A stretch of 32,000 bases of DNA from Gemmata obscuriglobus (GTDB lineage: Bacteria; Planctomycetota; Planctomycetia; Gemmatales; Gemmataceae), in assembly GCF_008065095.1 (NCBI RefSeq), contig NZ_CP042911.1, forward strand, positions 5,160,001 through 5,192,000, written 5' to 3'. Both the position numbers and the translations under genes were made by a program. This document shows, in pieces, positions 1 through 7,734 of the stretch. Each line of letters opens with the position of its first letter. The first letter of the stretch is position 1. The notes under the pieces were generated by a model that saw only the letters and a list, made by a program, of their open reading frames with translations, ran no database searches and was not told the origin of the DNA.

Positions 1-19
1 CGGGGATTGCCCGCCGCGG

Positions 20-406
20 TCAATCGCCAGACTCGCCGACTGAGGGAAAAAAAGCCCGCCGGCAGGCGGTGCAGTAGGCCGACGGTTCGCTCCACTCCGC
101 TTCCCCGACCCGCGTGGTGAGGATGCGTGGTTCGGGATCACCGGGTGATGGCGTCTGTCGGCACCCCGGGCATTGTTGTCTCTCGGCGGGTATGGTGCCG
201 GCCGCTTGTTTCTGGAGAGCTTGGCGGAGCAGTTCGCGTGACACCGTTTGGCCCAACTGGACGACCAGTTCTTCGAGTTCCTCGAACGTCGTGCCCCACG
301 GCGGCCCATCGGGTCCGAACAGCCTCTCGACCAACGTTTTGGCCACCCCGTCCAGGTACGCCTTATTCGCTGCGACTTCGGGACGAGCGTTATTGGGGCG
401 TGCCAT
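20..406 (-). pseudogene. ISKra4-like transposase, N-terminal fragment only (128 aa, no catalytic part)
   Basis: ORF track 20..406. ATG 406 is preceded by GGAG. The pattern TFEELEELVVQLG...CPGC...(~35 aa)...YCTACRRAFFP recalls the N-terminal zinc-finger region of ISKra4-family transposases. It stops after 128 aa and lies just beyond the last attC-like site (526-616). Confidence 0.45.
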
Positions 407-525
407 ACCTGATCTCCACCAACGACTTGTGTGGCTCGCACGGCCGTTATTTCTTCGAGCCGCGGTCTATCATGATACCCCAACTTGCAAACCGTGTCGT
501 GGACCCGGTCACTTCCGCCTCCGCC

Positions 526-616
526 GCCGAACAATGAGCTCACCTGCACCGCCATGATACAGTCAGCGACGCGTCCCGAATCACATGGCGGTGTCAGGTG
601 CAGCGCCGGGTTCGGC
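526..616 (-). repeat. attC-like site, class A
   Basis: gccgaac-aatg-agctcacctgcaccgcc / loop / ggcggtgTcaggtgCagcgccgg-gttcggc. This is the last (distal) site in the window. Confidence 0.8.
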
Positions 617-1051
617 TTCTGCGCTATCCCGCCAGTAGTCGCGGGGCCACACTCGATCCGGCGGCTGACCCAACTGCCAGGCGACGTACTCGGGCGGCGG
701 GTGGCCGATGTCGAGCACGTGCTCCGCCCGGAACGGTACCTCAGCCCCGAAGCACAGGTACACCCGGTCGGACCGTTCGAGGCACGCTGGCTGGTTGTCC
801 AGGATGCCGATGTACGTGTCGCCGACCCGCTCGGCCACGAGCACCCACATACGCTCCGACCGCACCCCGACCGACCCGTCGTTCTCGTAAGCCTCGATAT
901 GGAACAGCAGCTTAGCGGCGTCGCCGCGCTTGAGGCCGCGGCGCTGGTCGAGCGGGGGCACCCAGAACGTGTCGGGGTGCTGTCGGCTCAACTCCTCACC
1001 GGAGTCGATTTGCCAGTAATCACGCTCGAATGTGGCAAGCCGCACCGCCAC
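581..1051 (-). CDS. cassette protein, DUF2314-like (156 aa including attC-encoded tail)
   Basis: GTG 1051 lies 7 nt after GAGGG and 18 nt after attC 1070-1160. The pattern KLLFHIEAYENDG..SERMWVLV..GDTYIGILDNQP resembles DUF2314. It has no stop of its own and reads into attC 526-616, ending AEPGAAPDTAM. Confidence 0.65.
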   Translation of the reverse strand: MAVRLATFERDYWQIDSGEELSRQHPDTFWVPPLDQRRGLKRGDAAKLLFHIEAYENDGSVGVRSERMWVLVAERVGDTYIGILDNQPACLERSDRVYLCFGAEVPFRAEHVLDIGHPPPEYVAWQLGQPPDRVWPRDYWRDSAEAEPGAAPDTAM

Positions 1052-1069
1052 TCGAAAACCCTCTGGGTG

Positions 1070-1160
1070 GCCGAACAGAAAGCTCACCGGCACCGCCATC
1101 ACCGGATCAGCGATGCGTCCCGAATCAGCGGGCGGTGTCAGGTGCAGCGCCGGGTTCGGC
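1070..1160 (-). repeat. attC-like site, class A
   Basis: Class A palindrome with one stem mismatch (caccGg on the 5' arm). Confidence 0.8.
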
Positions 1161-1251
1161 TTTCTCATTGCTGCACACCTCGGTGACGACCGAGGCTCAC
1201 CAACTCTTGAGCCACGCATCGGGAACACCAACTCTCCTGGCACAGCTCCGG

Positions 1252-1569
1252 TCAAGGCGGCGCCTTCTCTACCCCATGCTTGCGCTCCGACTCCTCTCGT
1301 TCGCGTTGGTTCCTTACCCTTTCCTGAGCGTGCCGCACATGGCCGAGCGTGGCGATGATCGTGGCCCCGAACACCAGCGCCACGGATGCGAGAAGGAACA
1401 TGACCACGAAGCGCGGCCGCTGCGGCCACACGCCGGTGTAGAGCGCGATGAGGAGCCATCCCACCAATACCGCAGCCAATGCCAAGCAGGCACCCCAGAT
1501 CGCCACTTCGCCAGGGGTACTAGTTTCCCAGTCTGGCTCTGGAGTCAAAATGGCGTTGGCAAACACCAA
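1252..1569 (-). CDS. small membrane protein (105 aa, two hydrophobic helices)
   Basis: ORF track 1252..1569. TTG 1569 / GTG 1566 follows GAGGAG, about 15 nt after attC 1584-1674. It has its own stop. Confidence 0.6.
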   Translation of the reverse strand: MVFANAILTPEPDWETSTPGEVAIWGACLALAAVLVGWLLIALYTGVWPQRPRFVVMFLLASVALVFGATIIATLGHVRHAQERVRNQREREESERKHGVEKAPP

Positions 1570-1583
1570 TCGCTCCTCGGGTG

Positions 1584-1674
1584 GCCGAACGAACAGCTCA
1601 CCTGCACCGCCATCATCGGATGAGCGATGCGTCCCGAATCAGATGGCGGTGTCAGGTGCAGCGCCGGGTTCGGC
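1584..1674 (-). repeat. attC-like site, class A
   Basis: Class A palindrome: gccgaac..cacctgcaccgcc|loop|ggcggtgTcaggtg..gttcggc. Confidence 0.8.
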
Positions 1675-2230
1675 GTGCTTTTGGTGAGCCGTGGGTGCCG
1701 GAATCTGCTCCCGGCGCCACGCCACGGCCACGGCGGCCACCGCTCCGACCACCAGCCCCACGAGCAGCCCCTGTGACACGCCCGAACCGATGCCCACGTG
1801 CAGAGGGCTGAACCACGTCCCCACCGGCCGAAAATGCTCGGCGGGAGTACCCGGGGGCCGCCGCTCCGAGGAGATAACCGCCCCCGCCGCCGGCACACGC
1901 CCCGGCGAGGCCACTCAGGCACACGATCAGGTATGCCCGCAGGACCGACACGGCGCCCCCCAGACGCAGCCCCCGGATGAGCACGGTGACCGACCCGATG
2001 CACGCCGCGCCGCACAGGGCGGAGCCGCCCACCATGTCCGCCCACGCATGCTTGCGTGGGGCGTCGAACTCGGGCGAGCTGTACCGGATTAGCCCGGGGT
2101 AGCAACCCGGGAAGAAGCCGGGAGCGAACGTGTCCGTGAACGCAAAGACGATCTCCCCGACCTGCATGAACGCAAACCCGCCGGCCACGGCAGCAGCGAA
2201 CCCCAGTGCCACACAGCCGAGCCACCGCAT
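1639..2230 (-). pseudogene. multi-pass membrane protein cassette, apparently frameshifted
   Basis: The 5' part is frame 1652..2230 (MRWLGCVALGFAAAVAGGFAF...), with GC-rich third positions down to about 1850. After that, only frame 1639..1914 keeps GC3 and a hydrophobic helix (GVSQGLLVGLVVGAVAAVAVAW), and it ends in the usual attC tail AEPGAAPDTAI. The span is 592 nt, which is not a multiple of 3. Confidence 0.45.
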
Positions 2231-2250
2231 CCGCGCCTCCGGCTGGTCTT

Positions 2251-2341
2251 GCCGAACGTAAAGCTCACCTGCACCGCCATCACACGATGAGCGGTGCGTC
2301 CCGAATCAGCCGGCGGTGTCAGGTGCAGCGCCGGGTTCGGC
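2251..2341 (-). repeat. attC-like site, class A
   Basis: Class A palindrome: gccgaac..cacctgcaccgcc|loop|ggcggtgTcaggtg..gttcggc. Confidence 0.8.
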
Positions 2342-2698
2342 TCGCTCACGTCCGCGGTTCCGGGGCACACGCCCCGCGCCGCGCATCTGCGGATGCCCGC
2401 GGCACCGATGCGGCCGAGCGGAGCACCACCGACCCCACGCGCCGTGTCGCGGCCCATCGGAGGCCGGCCACCACCGCACCTCGCGGCGATGAGCCGCGCC
2501 GACCACCGGCGGGCACCACGCGGAGCACCCCCGACCCGAACCGCCGTGTCCCCACCCGCATCCCGGCCACGCCCAACCGCACCTCGCGGCGACGAGCCGC
2601 GCCCGCGCCCACCGGCACTCTGCGGAGCCCGACGCGCGGGGTTCACCCACGCGGACCACACGCACACCGCCGCACGGGCGCTCCAGCACGCGAGGGTG
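2342..2698 (-). repeat. ORF-less repeat cassette family R (2 internal units)
   Basis: Head, then 2 x ~102-nt unit (gcggagcaccaccgac..ccgtgtcc..cgcacctcgcggcgRYgagccgcgcc), then the long tail. There is no frame conserved with other copies. Confidence 0.8.
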
Positions 2699-2789
2699 GC
2701 CGAACAAATAGCTCACCTGCACCGCCCCCTCCCAGGGAGCGATGCGTCACAAACTCGCGGGCGGTGTCAGGTGCAGCGCCGGGTTCGGC
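2699..2789 (-). repeat. attC-like site, class A
   Basis: Class A palindrome with a variant loop (ccctcccagggagcgatgcgtcacaaactcgcg). Confidence 0.8.
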
Positions 2790-3147
2790 TCGATGCCCTC
2801 GGCGGTTCCGAGGTGGCACGCTCAGCATCGCGGCTCCGCGGAAGCCCGCCCACCGTCGCGGCCGAGCGGAGCACCACCGACCCACCCGCCGTGTCCCGGC
2901 CCATTGGAGGCTGGCACCAACCGCACCTGGCGGCGACGAGCCGCGCCAACCACCAGCGGGCGCCACGCGGAGCACCACCGACCCGAACCACCGTGTCCCC
3001 ACGCGCCGCCGGCCACGCCCAACCGCACCTCGCGGCGGCGAGCCGCGCCAGACACGACCGGCACCCCGCGGAACCCGACACAAGGGTTTCACCACCGCGG
3101 ACCACACGCCTCGCACCGCCGCACGCGCACTCATGCACGCGATGGTT
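2790..3147 (-). repeat. ORF-less repeat cassette family R (2 units)
   Basis: Same architecture as 2342-2698. Confidence 0.8.
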
Positions 3148-3238
3148 GCCGAACGAACAGCTCACCTGCACCGCCATCATACCGTCAGCGTTGCGTCCCA
3201 GACCAGATGGCGGTGTCAGGTGCAGCGCCGGGTTCGGC
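3148..3238 (-). repeat. attC-like site, class A
   Basis: Class A palindrome: gccgaac..cacctgcaccgcc|loop|ggcggtgTcaggtg..gttcggc. Confidence 0.8.
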
Positions 3239-3596
3239 TCGCTCACCACCGCGGTTCCGGGCCACGGGCCGAGCGTCGCGCATCCGCGGAGCCCGTGCCA
3301 CCGGTGCGGGCGTGCGGAGCACCACCGACTCGACGCACCGTGTCGCGGCCCACCGGAGGCCACCCACCACCGCCACGCGCGGCGATGAGCCGCGCCCGGC
3401 ACCCACGGGCACCACGCGGAGCACCACCGACTCGAACCGCCGTGTCCCCACGCGCCCCCGGCCACGCCCACCCGCACCTCGCGGCGACGAGCCGCGCCAG
3501 CCCCGCCCGGCCCCACGCGGAGCACCACACGTGGGGTTCACCCACGCGGACCACACGCACACCACCGCCGCACGCGCGCTCAGGAACGCGAGGGTG
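3239..3596 (-). repeat. ORF-less repeat cassette family R (2 units)
   Basis: Same architecture as 2342-2698. Confidence 0.8.
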
Positions 3597-3687
3597 GCCG
3601 AACATAAAGCTCACCTGCACCGCCATCATACCGTCAGCAACGCGTCACAAATCAGCGGGCGGTGTCAGGTGCAGCGCCGGGTTCGGC
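3597..3687 (-). repeat. attC-like site, class A
   Basis: Class A palindrome: gccgaac..cacctgcaccgcc|loop|ggcggtgTcaggtg..gttcggc. Confidence 0.8.
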
Positions 3688-3704
3688 ATCTGCGCAGCCC
3701 CCAG

Positions 3705-4136
3705 CTACCCGCCGTTGACCTCGGCCGCCACGACCCGACCATCCGGGCCGAAGTGAACGTACAGGAAGGCGTCGTCGAAGCCGTATGGGCCGAGGCCGCT
3801 CCAGCATCCCAGCCAGTACACCCACGTCTCCGGGTGGTCCAGTCGAACGCCGTACCCGTCCACCGGCCCCCGCGGGTCACGCGACGGTGGCTCGCCCTCG
3901 CCCAGCAGTTCCCGCACACGCTCTTTGGGCGTCCCAGCGGGCAGGTGGCGGATGGCGTCACGGGCCATCGGCCCCCGCCCCCGCTCGTCGGCGGCCGCCC
4001 ACGCCGCCGGGCTGAATGGGCGGTCGTCGAACGGGTCGAGATACCGGTCGAGCGCGACGAACCCGGCCACGCACCCGCGGGCCAACAGCAACGCGGCCAG
4101 GGCGAGCAAGCCGACGACACACTTCCACCGCCGCAT
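3705..4136 (-). CDS. secreted/lipoprotein-like cassette protein (143 aa)
   Basis: ATG 4136 has GAGG 9 nt upstream and lies 18 nt after attC 4154-4244. The N-terminus MRRWKCVVGLLALAALLLARGC is signal-peptide-like with a Cys. PAGTPKERVRELLGEGEP weakly recalls BamE/SmpA-OmlA small lipoproteins. It has its own stop. Confidence 0.7.
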   Translation of the reverse strand: MRRWKCVVGLLALAALLLARGCVAGFVALDRYLDPFDDRPFSPAAWAAADERGRGPMARDAIRHLPAGTPKERVRELLGEGEPPSRDPRGPVDGYGVRLDHPETWVYWLGCWSGLGPYGFDDAFLYVHFGPDGRVVAAEVNGG

Positions 4137-4153
4137 CTCGCACTGCCTCTGTT

Positions 4154-4244
4154 GCCGAACGAACAGCTCACCTGCACCGCCATCACCGGATGAGCGATGC
4201 GATCCAAACTACATGGCGGTGTCAGGTGCAGCGCCGGGTTCGGC
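4154..4244 (-). repeat. attC-like site, class A
   Basis: Class A palindrome, identical to 12271-12361. Confidence 0.8.
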
Positions 4245-4251
4245 GTCTGGG

Positions 4252-4707
4252 CTACCCCCGCCAGACCACCTGCACGCCGGCAAGCTCGATGCCGCCTGGC
4301 CCGGCGGCGAGTTGCCCGGCCTTGCGGTTAAGCAGGGCCGGCCCGAAGCACTCGCCGAACCCGACCCGCTCCCCGCAGTGCAGGAAGCTGACGTACGGCC
4401 AGCGGTAGAACGACCCCCGCACCTTCTCGGGGGCGTCTCGCCAGCCGAGCAACCGGCCGGGCCGGCCGCACTCCCGCACCCCGGCGTCCGTCACCTCCCA
4501 CCACTGGAAGGTGCTGCCGTGGTCGAACTGCCCGCGCTCCAGGTCGCCGTCCGCGACTTGGTAGATGTACAGCGCGTCGAACGCGGCGAGGTCGGCGACG
4601 CGGACCCCGAATGAGTCGGCCACGTAGTCGAGGAAACGCGGCGTGCGGTGCCACGACCAGACGTCGGCCAGTGCCTCAGCGACCGAACGCGACGGCTGCG
4701 GCTCCAT
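4252..4707 (-). CDS. hypothetical cassette protein family X (151 aa), copy 1 of 3
   Basis: ATG 4707 follows CGAGGG, 21 nt after attC 4728-4818. Its own TAG lies 7 nt before attC 4154-4244. The protein is identical to 10840..11295 and 12369..12824. Confidence 0.75.
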   Translation of the reverse strand: MEPQPSRSVAEALADVWSWHRTPRFLDYVADSFGVRVADLAAFDALYIYQVADGDLERGQFDHGSTFQWWEVTDAGVRECGRPGRLLGWRDAPEKVRGSFYRWPYVSFLHCGERVGFGECFGPALLNRKAGQLAAGPGGIELAGVQVVWRG

Positions 4708-4727
4708 CGGTCGAGCGCCCTCGGGTG

Positions 4728-4818
4728 GCCGAACAAACAGCTCACCTGCACCGCCACCATCGGATGAGCGATGCGTCCCAGATCAGATGGCGGTGTCAGG
4801 TGCAGCGCCGGGTTCGGC
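4728..4818 (-). repeat. attC-like site, class A
   Basis: Class A palindrome, identical to 12845-12935. Confidence 0.8.
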
Positions 4819-5151
4819 TTCTGCGCCCCGCGCCGCGCATCCGCGGAGCCCGCCCACCGACGCGGCCGAGCGGAGCCACCACCGACCCGCACCACCGTGC
4901 CGCGGCACACCGGTGGCCGCCCACCACCGACACCCGCGGCGATGAGCCGCGCCCGGCACCCACGGGCACCACGCGGAGCACCACCGCCACGAACCGCCGT
5001 GTCCCCCCCCGCCACCGGCCACGCCCACCGCAAGCTCGCGGCGACGAGCCGCGCCGGTCGCACTCGGGCACCACGCGGAGCCCGATACTCGCCGTTTACC
5101 ACCGCGGACCACACGCACACCACCGCACGCGCCATCGAGCGGCCTCGGGGT
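4819..5151 (-). repeat. ORF-less repeat cassette family R (2 units, short tail)
   Basis: Short tail type (ttctgcgccccgcgccgcgcatccgcggagc..). About the first 75 nt are identical to 12936-13267. Confidence 0.8.
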
Positions 5152-5242
5152 GCCGAACAACAAGCTCACCTGCACCGCCACGTCCCGAGCCGCGATGCGT
5201 CCCGAATCAGCGGGCGGTGTCAGGTGCAGCGCCGGGTTCGGC
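5152..5242 (-). repeat. attC-like site, class A
   Basis: Class A palindrome: gccgaac..cacctgcaccgcc|loop|ggcggtgTcaggtg..gttcggc. Confidence 0.8.
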
Positions 5243-5251
5243 GCGACCTCC

Positions 5252-5809
5252 TCAACCGAACTTGGCCTTCCGCTCCACAGGGGTCAGGCACCGATAGCAT
5301 ACCTCGCGCTGCGGGTCATCCTCGCGTGCCAGCGTCGGGGCACCGCACCGCTGGCATAGGTAGGCACGCCGCCCGACCTCCCACGGCACCGACGGGTCGA
5401 ATCCGCCCCGCTCTGCGTAGTACCGGGCGGCCCGCACCACCAGCTCCACGTCGCGGCAGATGTGCCGCTCACGGTCCCCGAACCCCTGCTCGATGAGCGG
5501 GCCATAGATCTCCACGTCCCGGTCGCCGCCGGCCGGGTCCTGGAACCGCCGCTGCAGGTAGCCGCCGTGGGTGCCCGCCAGCCAGTACACCCCGTCGCCA
5601 CCGGACACCTCGAACCGCTCGCAGAACTGGTCGTATTCGTGGCACGCCTCGTCCTCGGTCGGCCACAGGATCAGGATGGGGTGGGTCCGGCGGTCCAGCC
5701 GGCGGATCGCGGTCTCGATTGTCTCCCAGGACGGACGCACGGCCTTCTCCCTGCGATCCCGTCGCCCGTCCTGCAGGTAGGAGAGCGTTTCCAGCACCTT
5801 CGCGTGCAT
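5252..5809 (-). CDS. hypothetical cassette protein (185 aa) with C-terminal CxxC..CxxC pair
   Basis: ATG 5809 follows GAGGGGGAG, 17 nt after attC 5826-5917. CQRCG...CYRC lies near the C-terminus. Its own stop is 9 nt before attC 5152-5242. Confidence 0.75.
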   Translation of the reverse strand: MHAKVLETLSYLQDGRRDRREKAVRPSWETIETAIRRLDRRTHPILILWPTEDEACHEYDQFCERFEVSGGDGVYWLAGTHGGYLQRRFQDPAGGDRDVEIYGPLIEQGFGDRERHICRDVELVVRAARYYAERGGFDPSVPWEVGRRAYLCQRCGAPTLAREDDPQREVCYRCLTPVERKAKFG

Positions 5810-5825
5810 CGGCTCCCCCTCGGTT

Positions 5826-5917
5826 GCCGAACAATGAAGCTCACCTGCACCGCCATCATCGGATGAGCAATGCGTTCCAAGTCAGCCGGCGGTGTCAGGT
5901 GCAGCGCCGGGTTCGGC
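5826..5917 (-). repeat. attC-like site, class A
   Basis: Class A palindrome, 92 nt. Confidence 0.8.
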
Positions 5918-5924
5918 TCTGTCC

Positions 5925-6302
5925 TCAGCGCGGTCGGCGCATGACGACGAGAGTGCGTCCTCCGCTCGCGGTGCCCAAGCTCACGACCAGTTGAGCGTAG
6001 GCCGGGTCGCCCTGCAGCCGTACTTCTTCGATCACCGTGCCGTCGTCGTCCTGTGCCCGACAGATCATCGACCCACCTGGACCGAGACATGAACCGCCGG
6101 CAAGGGATTTGCGGTATGGTCCCGGCAATCGGGGCGGGGCCACGACCGCCCACCCATCGTATCCGGCCACGACGGCTTCCAGGGAGACGAACGGTCGCTC
6201 CTGTCGTGTGGCCGATTCCGCGTGCCGGCCCCAGGGTGACAGCCAATAACCGGCACACCCCGCACCGAGTAACACGACGAACACAAGCCACCGCACCCGC
6301 AT
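5925..6302 (-). CDS. small lipoprotein-like cassette protein (125 aa)
   Basis: ATG 6302 follows AAGGGGG, 18 nt after attC 6320-6410. MRVRWLVFVVLLGAGC is a lipobox-like signal. Its own stop is 7 nt before attC 5826-5917. The track ORF 5925..6674 extends upstream through the attC and is not used. Confidence 0.65.
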   Translation of the reverse strand: MRVRWLVFVVLLGAGCAGYWLSPWGRHAESATRQERPFVSLEAVVAGYDGWAVVAPPRLPGPYRKSLAGGSCLGPGGSMICRAQDDDGTVIEEVRLQGDPAYAQLVVSLGTASGGRTLVVMRRPR

Positions 6303-6319
6303 CCGATCCCCCTTCCGGT

Positions 6320-6410
6320 GCCGAACATAAAGCTCACCTGCACCGCCATCACCGGATGAGCGGTGCGTCCCAGAACAGATGGCGGTGTCAGGTGCAGCGC
6401 CGGGTTCGGC
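6320..6410 (-). repeat. attC-like site, class A
   Basis: Class A palindrome: gccgaac..cacctgcaccgcc|loop|ggcggtgTcaggtg..gttcggc. Confidence 0.8.
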
Positions 6411-6746
6411 TTCTGCGCTGGGATGTGCGGTTCCGCGGAGCCCGCGCCCGCGTCGCGGTTCCGCGGAGCCACCACCGACCCGCACCACCGTGCCGCGGCA
6501 CACCGGGGGCCACCCACCACGGCACCGCGCGGCGATGAGCCGCGCCGCCCACCGACCGGTATCGGCGGAGCACCACCGATCCGACGCGCCGTGTCCCCAC
6601 GCGCCTCCGCCCACGCCCAACCGCACCTCGCGGCGATGAGCCGCGCCAGACACGACCGGCACCACGCGGAGCACGACACGCGAGGTTCACCCATGCGGAC
6701 CACACGCTCAGCGCCGCCGCACGCGTGCTCACGCGCCCTCTGGGTG
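6411..6746 (-). repeat. ORF-less repeat cassette family R (2 units, short tail)
   Basis: Same architecture. The head carries an SD-like AGAGGG. Confidence 0.8.
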
Positions 6747-6836
6747 GCCGAACAGAAAGCTCACCTGCACCGCCAAGATGGAGTGAGCGACACAACGGCG
6801 GCTGATGGCGGTGTCAGGTGCAGCGCCGGGTTCGGC
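6747..6836 (-). repeat. attC-like site, class A (minor loop type)
   Basis: Class A stems with the minor loop family (aagatggagtgagcgacacaacggcggctgat). Confidence 0.8.
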
Positions 6837-7196
6837 TCGCTCGCCTCCGCGGTTCCGGGCGACACGCCGAGCTTGGCGCATCCGCGGAACCCGCGGCACC
6901 GGTGCGGCCGAGCGGAGCCCCACCGACTCGAATCGCCGTGTCGCGGCCCACCGGTGGCCACCCATCACCGCACCTCGCGGCGACGAGCCGCGCCCGCCCT
7001 GACGCGCGCCACGCGGAGCACCACCGACCCGAACCGCCGTGTCCCCACCCGCACCCCGGCCACGCCCAACCACACCTCGCGGCGACGAGCCGCGCCCGCC
7101 CCGACCGGCACCACGCGGAGCCACCACCGACGCGTGGGCGTCACCTTCGCGGACCACACGCCCACCACCGCACGCGCGATCCAGAACGCGAAGGTG
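6837..7196 (-). repeat. ORF-less repeat cassette family R (2 units)
   Basis: Same architecture. Confidence 0.8.
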
Positions 7197-7287
7197 GCCG
7201 AACATAAAGCTCACCTGCACCGCCATCACACGATGAGCGGTGCGTCCCAACTCAGCCGGCGGTGTCAGGTGCAGCGCCGGGTTCGGC
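7197..7287 (-). repeat. attC-like site, class A
   Basis: Class A palindrome: gccgaac..cacctgcaccgcc|loop|ggcggtgTcaggtg..gttcggc. Confidence 0.8.
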
Positions 7288-7643
7288 TCGATGCCCTCGG
7301 CGGTTCGGGGTCGCACGCCGAGCGCCGCGCATCCGCAGAGCCCGCGGCACCGACGCGGCTGGGCGGAGCACCACCGACCCGACGCGCCGTGTCCCGGCAC
7401 ACCGGAGGCCGCCCACCACCGCACCTCGCGGCGATGAGCCGCGCCGACCACCCACGGGCCACACGCGGAGCACCACCGACCCGCACCGCCGTGTCCCGAC
7501 ACATCGGAGGCCACGCCCAACCGCAAGCTCGCGGCGATGAGTCGCGCCAGACCCGACCGGCACCACGCGAAGCCCGACGCGCGCGGTTCACCACCGCGGA
7601 CCACACGCACACCGCCGCACGCGCGCTCCTGCACGCGATGGTT
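7288..7643 (-). repeat. ORF-less repeat cassette family R (2 units)
   Basis: Same architecture. Confidence 0.8.
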
Positions 7644-7734
7644 GCCGAACATACAGCTCACCTGCACCGCCATCATCGGATGAGCGGTGCGTCACAAGTC
7701 AGCGGGCGGTGTCAGGTGCAGCGCCGGGTTCGGC
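7644..7734 (-). repeat. attC-like site, class A
   Basis: Class A palindrome: gccgaac..cacctgcaccgcc|loop|ggcggtgTcaggtg..gttcggc. Confidence 0.8.

Noticed and set aside
407-525. The spacer between the last attC and the transposase fragment as attI or the Pc promoter region.
   Set aside because: It lies at the 3' (distal) end of the minus-strand array, whereas attI/Pc should be at the 5' end beyond 32000. No integrase gene is adjacent.
2643-3134. R cassettes as genes for small Arg/Gly/Trp-rich proteins (for example MSARAAVRGVWSAVVKPLC... and MCVWSAWVNP...), some with an SD-like leader and ending in the attC tail frame.
   Set aside because: The reading frame is not preserved between copies because indels are not multiples of 3. 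The start codon is ATG in some copies but CTG or CAG in others. The third-position composition is not gene-like, and the predicted products are implausible (extreme pI, low complexity). An ancestral coding origin cannot be excluded.
2342-3596. The R cassettes read as CRISPR arrays, with the 26-27-nt block cgcacctcgcggcgRYgagccgcgcc recurring about every 100 nt.
   Set aside because: There are only 1-3 repeats per block. The 'spacers' are themselves conserved between copies and contain a second conserved block. Every block is bounded by attC-like sites. No cas genes or leader are present.
2206-3756. Very long plus-strand ORFs in the track (2206..3756 at 516 aa, 6363..7862 at 499 aa, 25560..26927 at 455 aa) and minus-strand 14150..15412 (420 aa).
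   Set aside because: They run through several attC sites and R cassettes. They encode Arg/Pro/Ala/Thr or Arg/Gly low-complexity sequence and exist only because stop codons are rare in this GC-rich, T-poor repeat DNA. Equivalent ORFs are open in all six frames.
4154-4244. The 91-nt palindromes as Rho-independent terminators, REP/BIME elements or MITEs.
   Set aside because: There is no U-tract. The elements have a strictly single orientation with exactly one per intergenic gap. The bulged bases are conserved on one arm, and the stems covary in classes B and C and at 27294-27384. ORF ends overlap the element in a fixed phase. All of this fits attC sites better. A REP-like origin is not formally excluded without genome-wide data.
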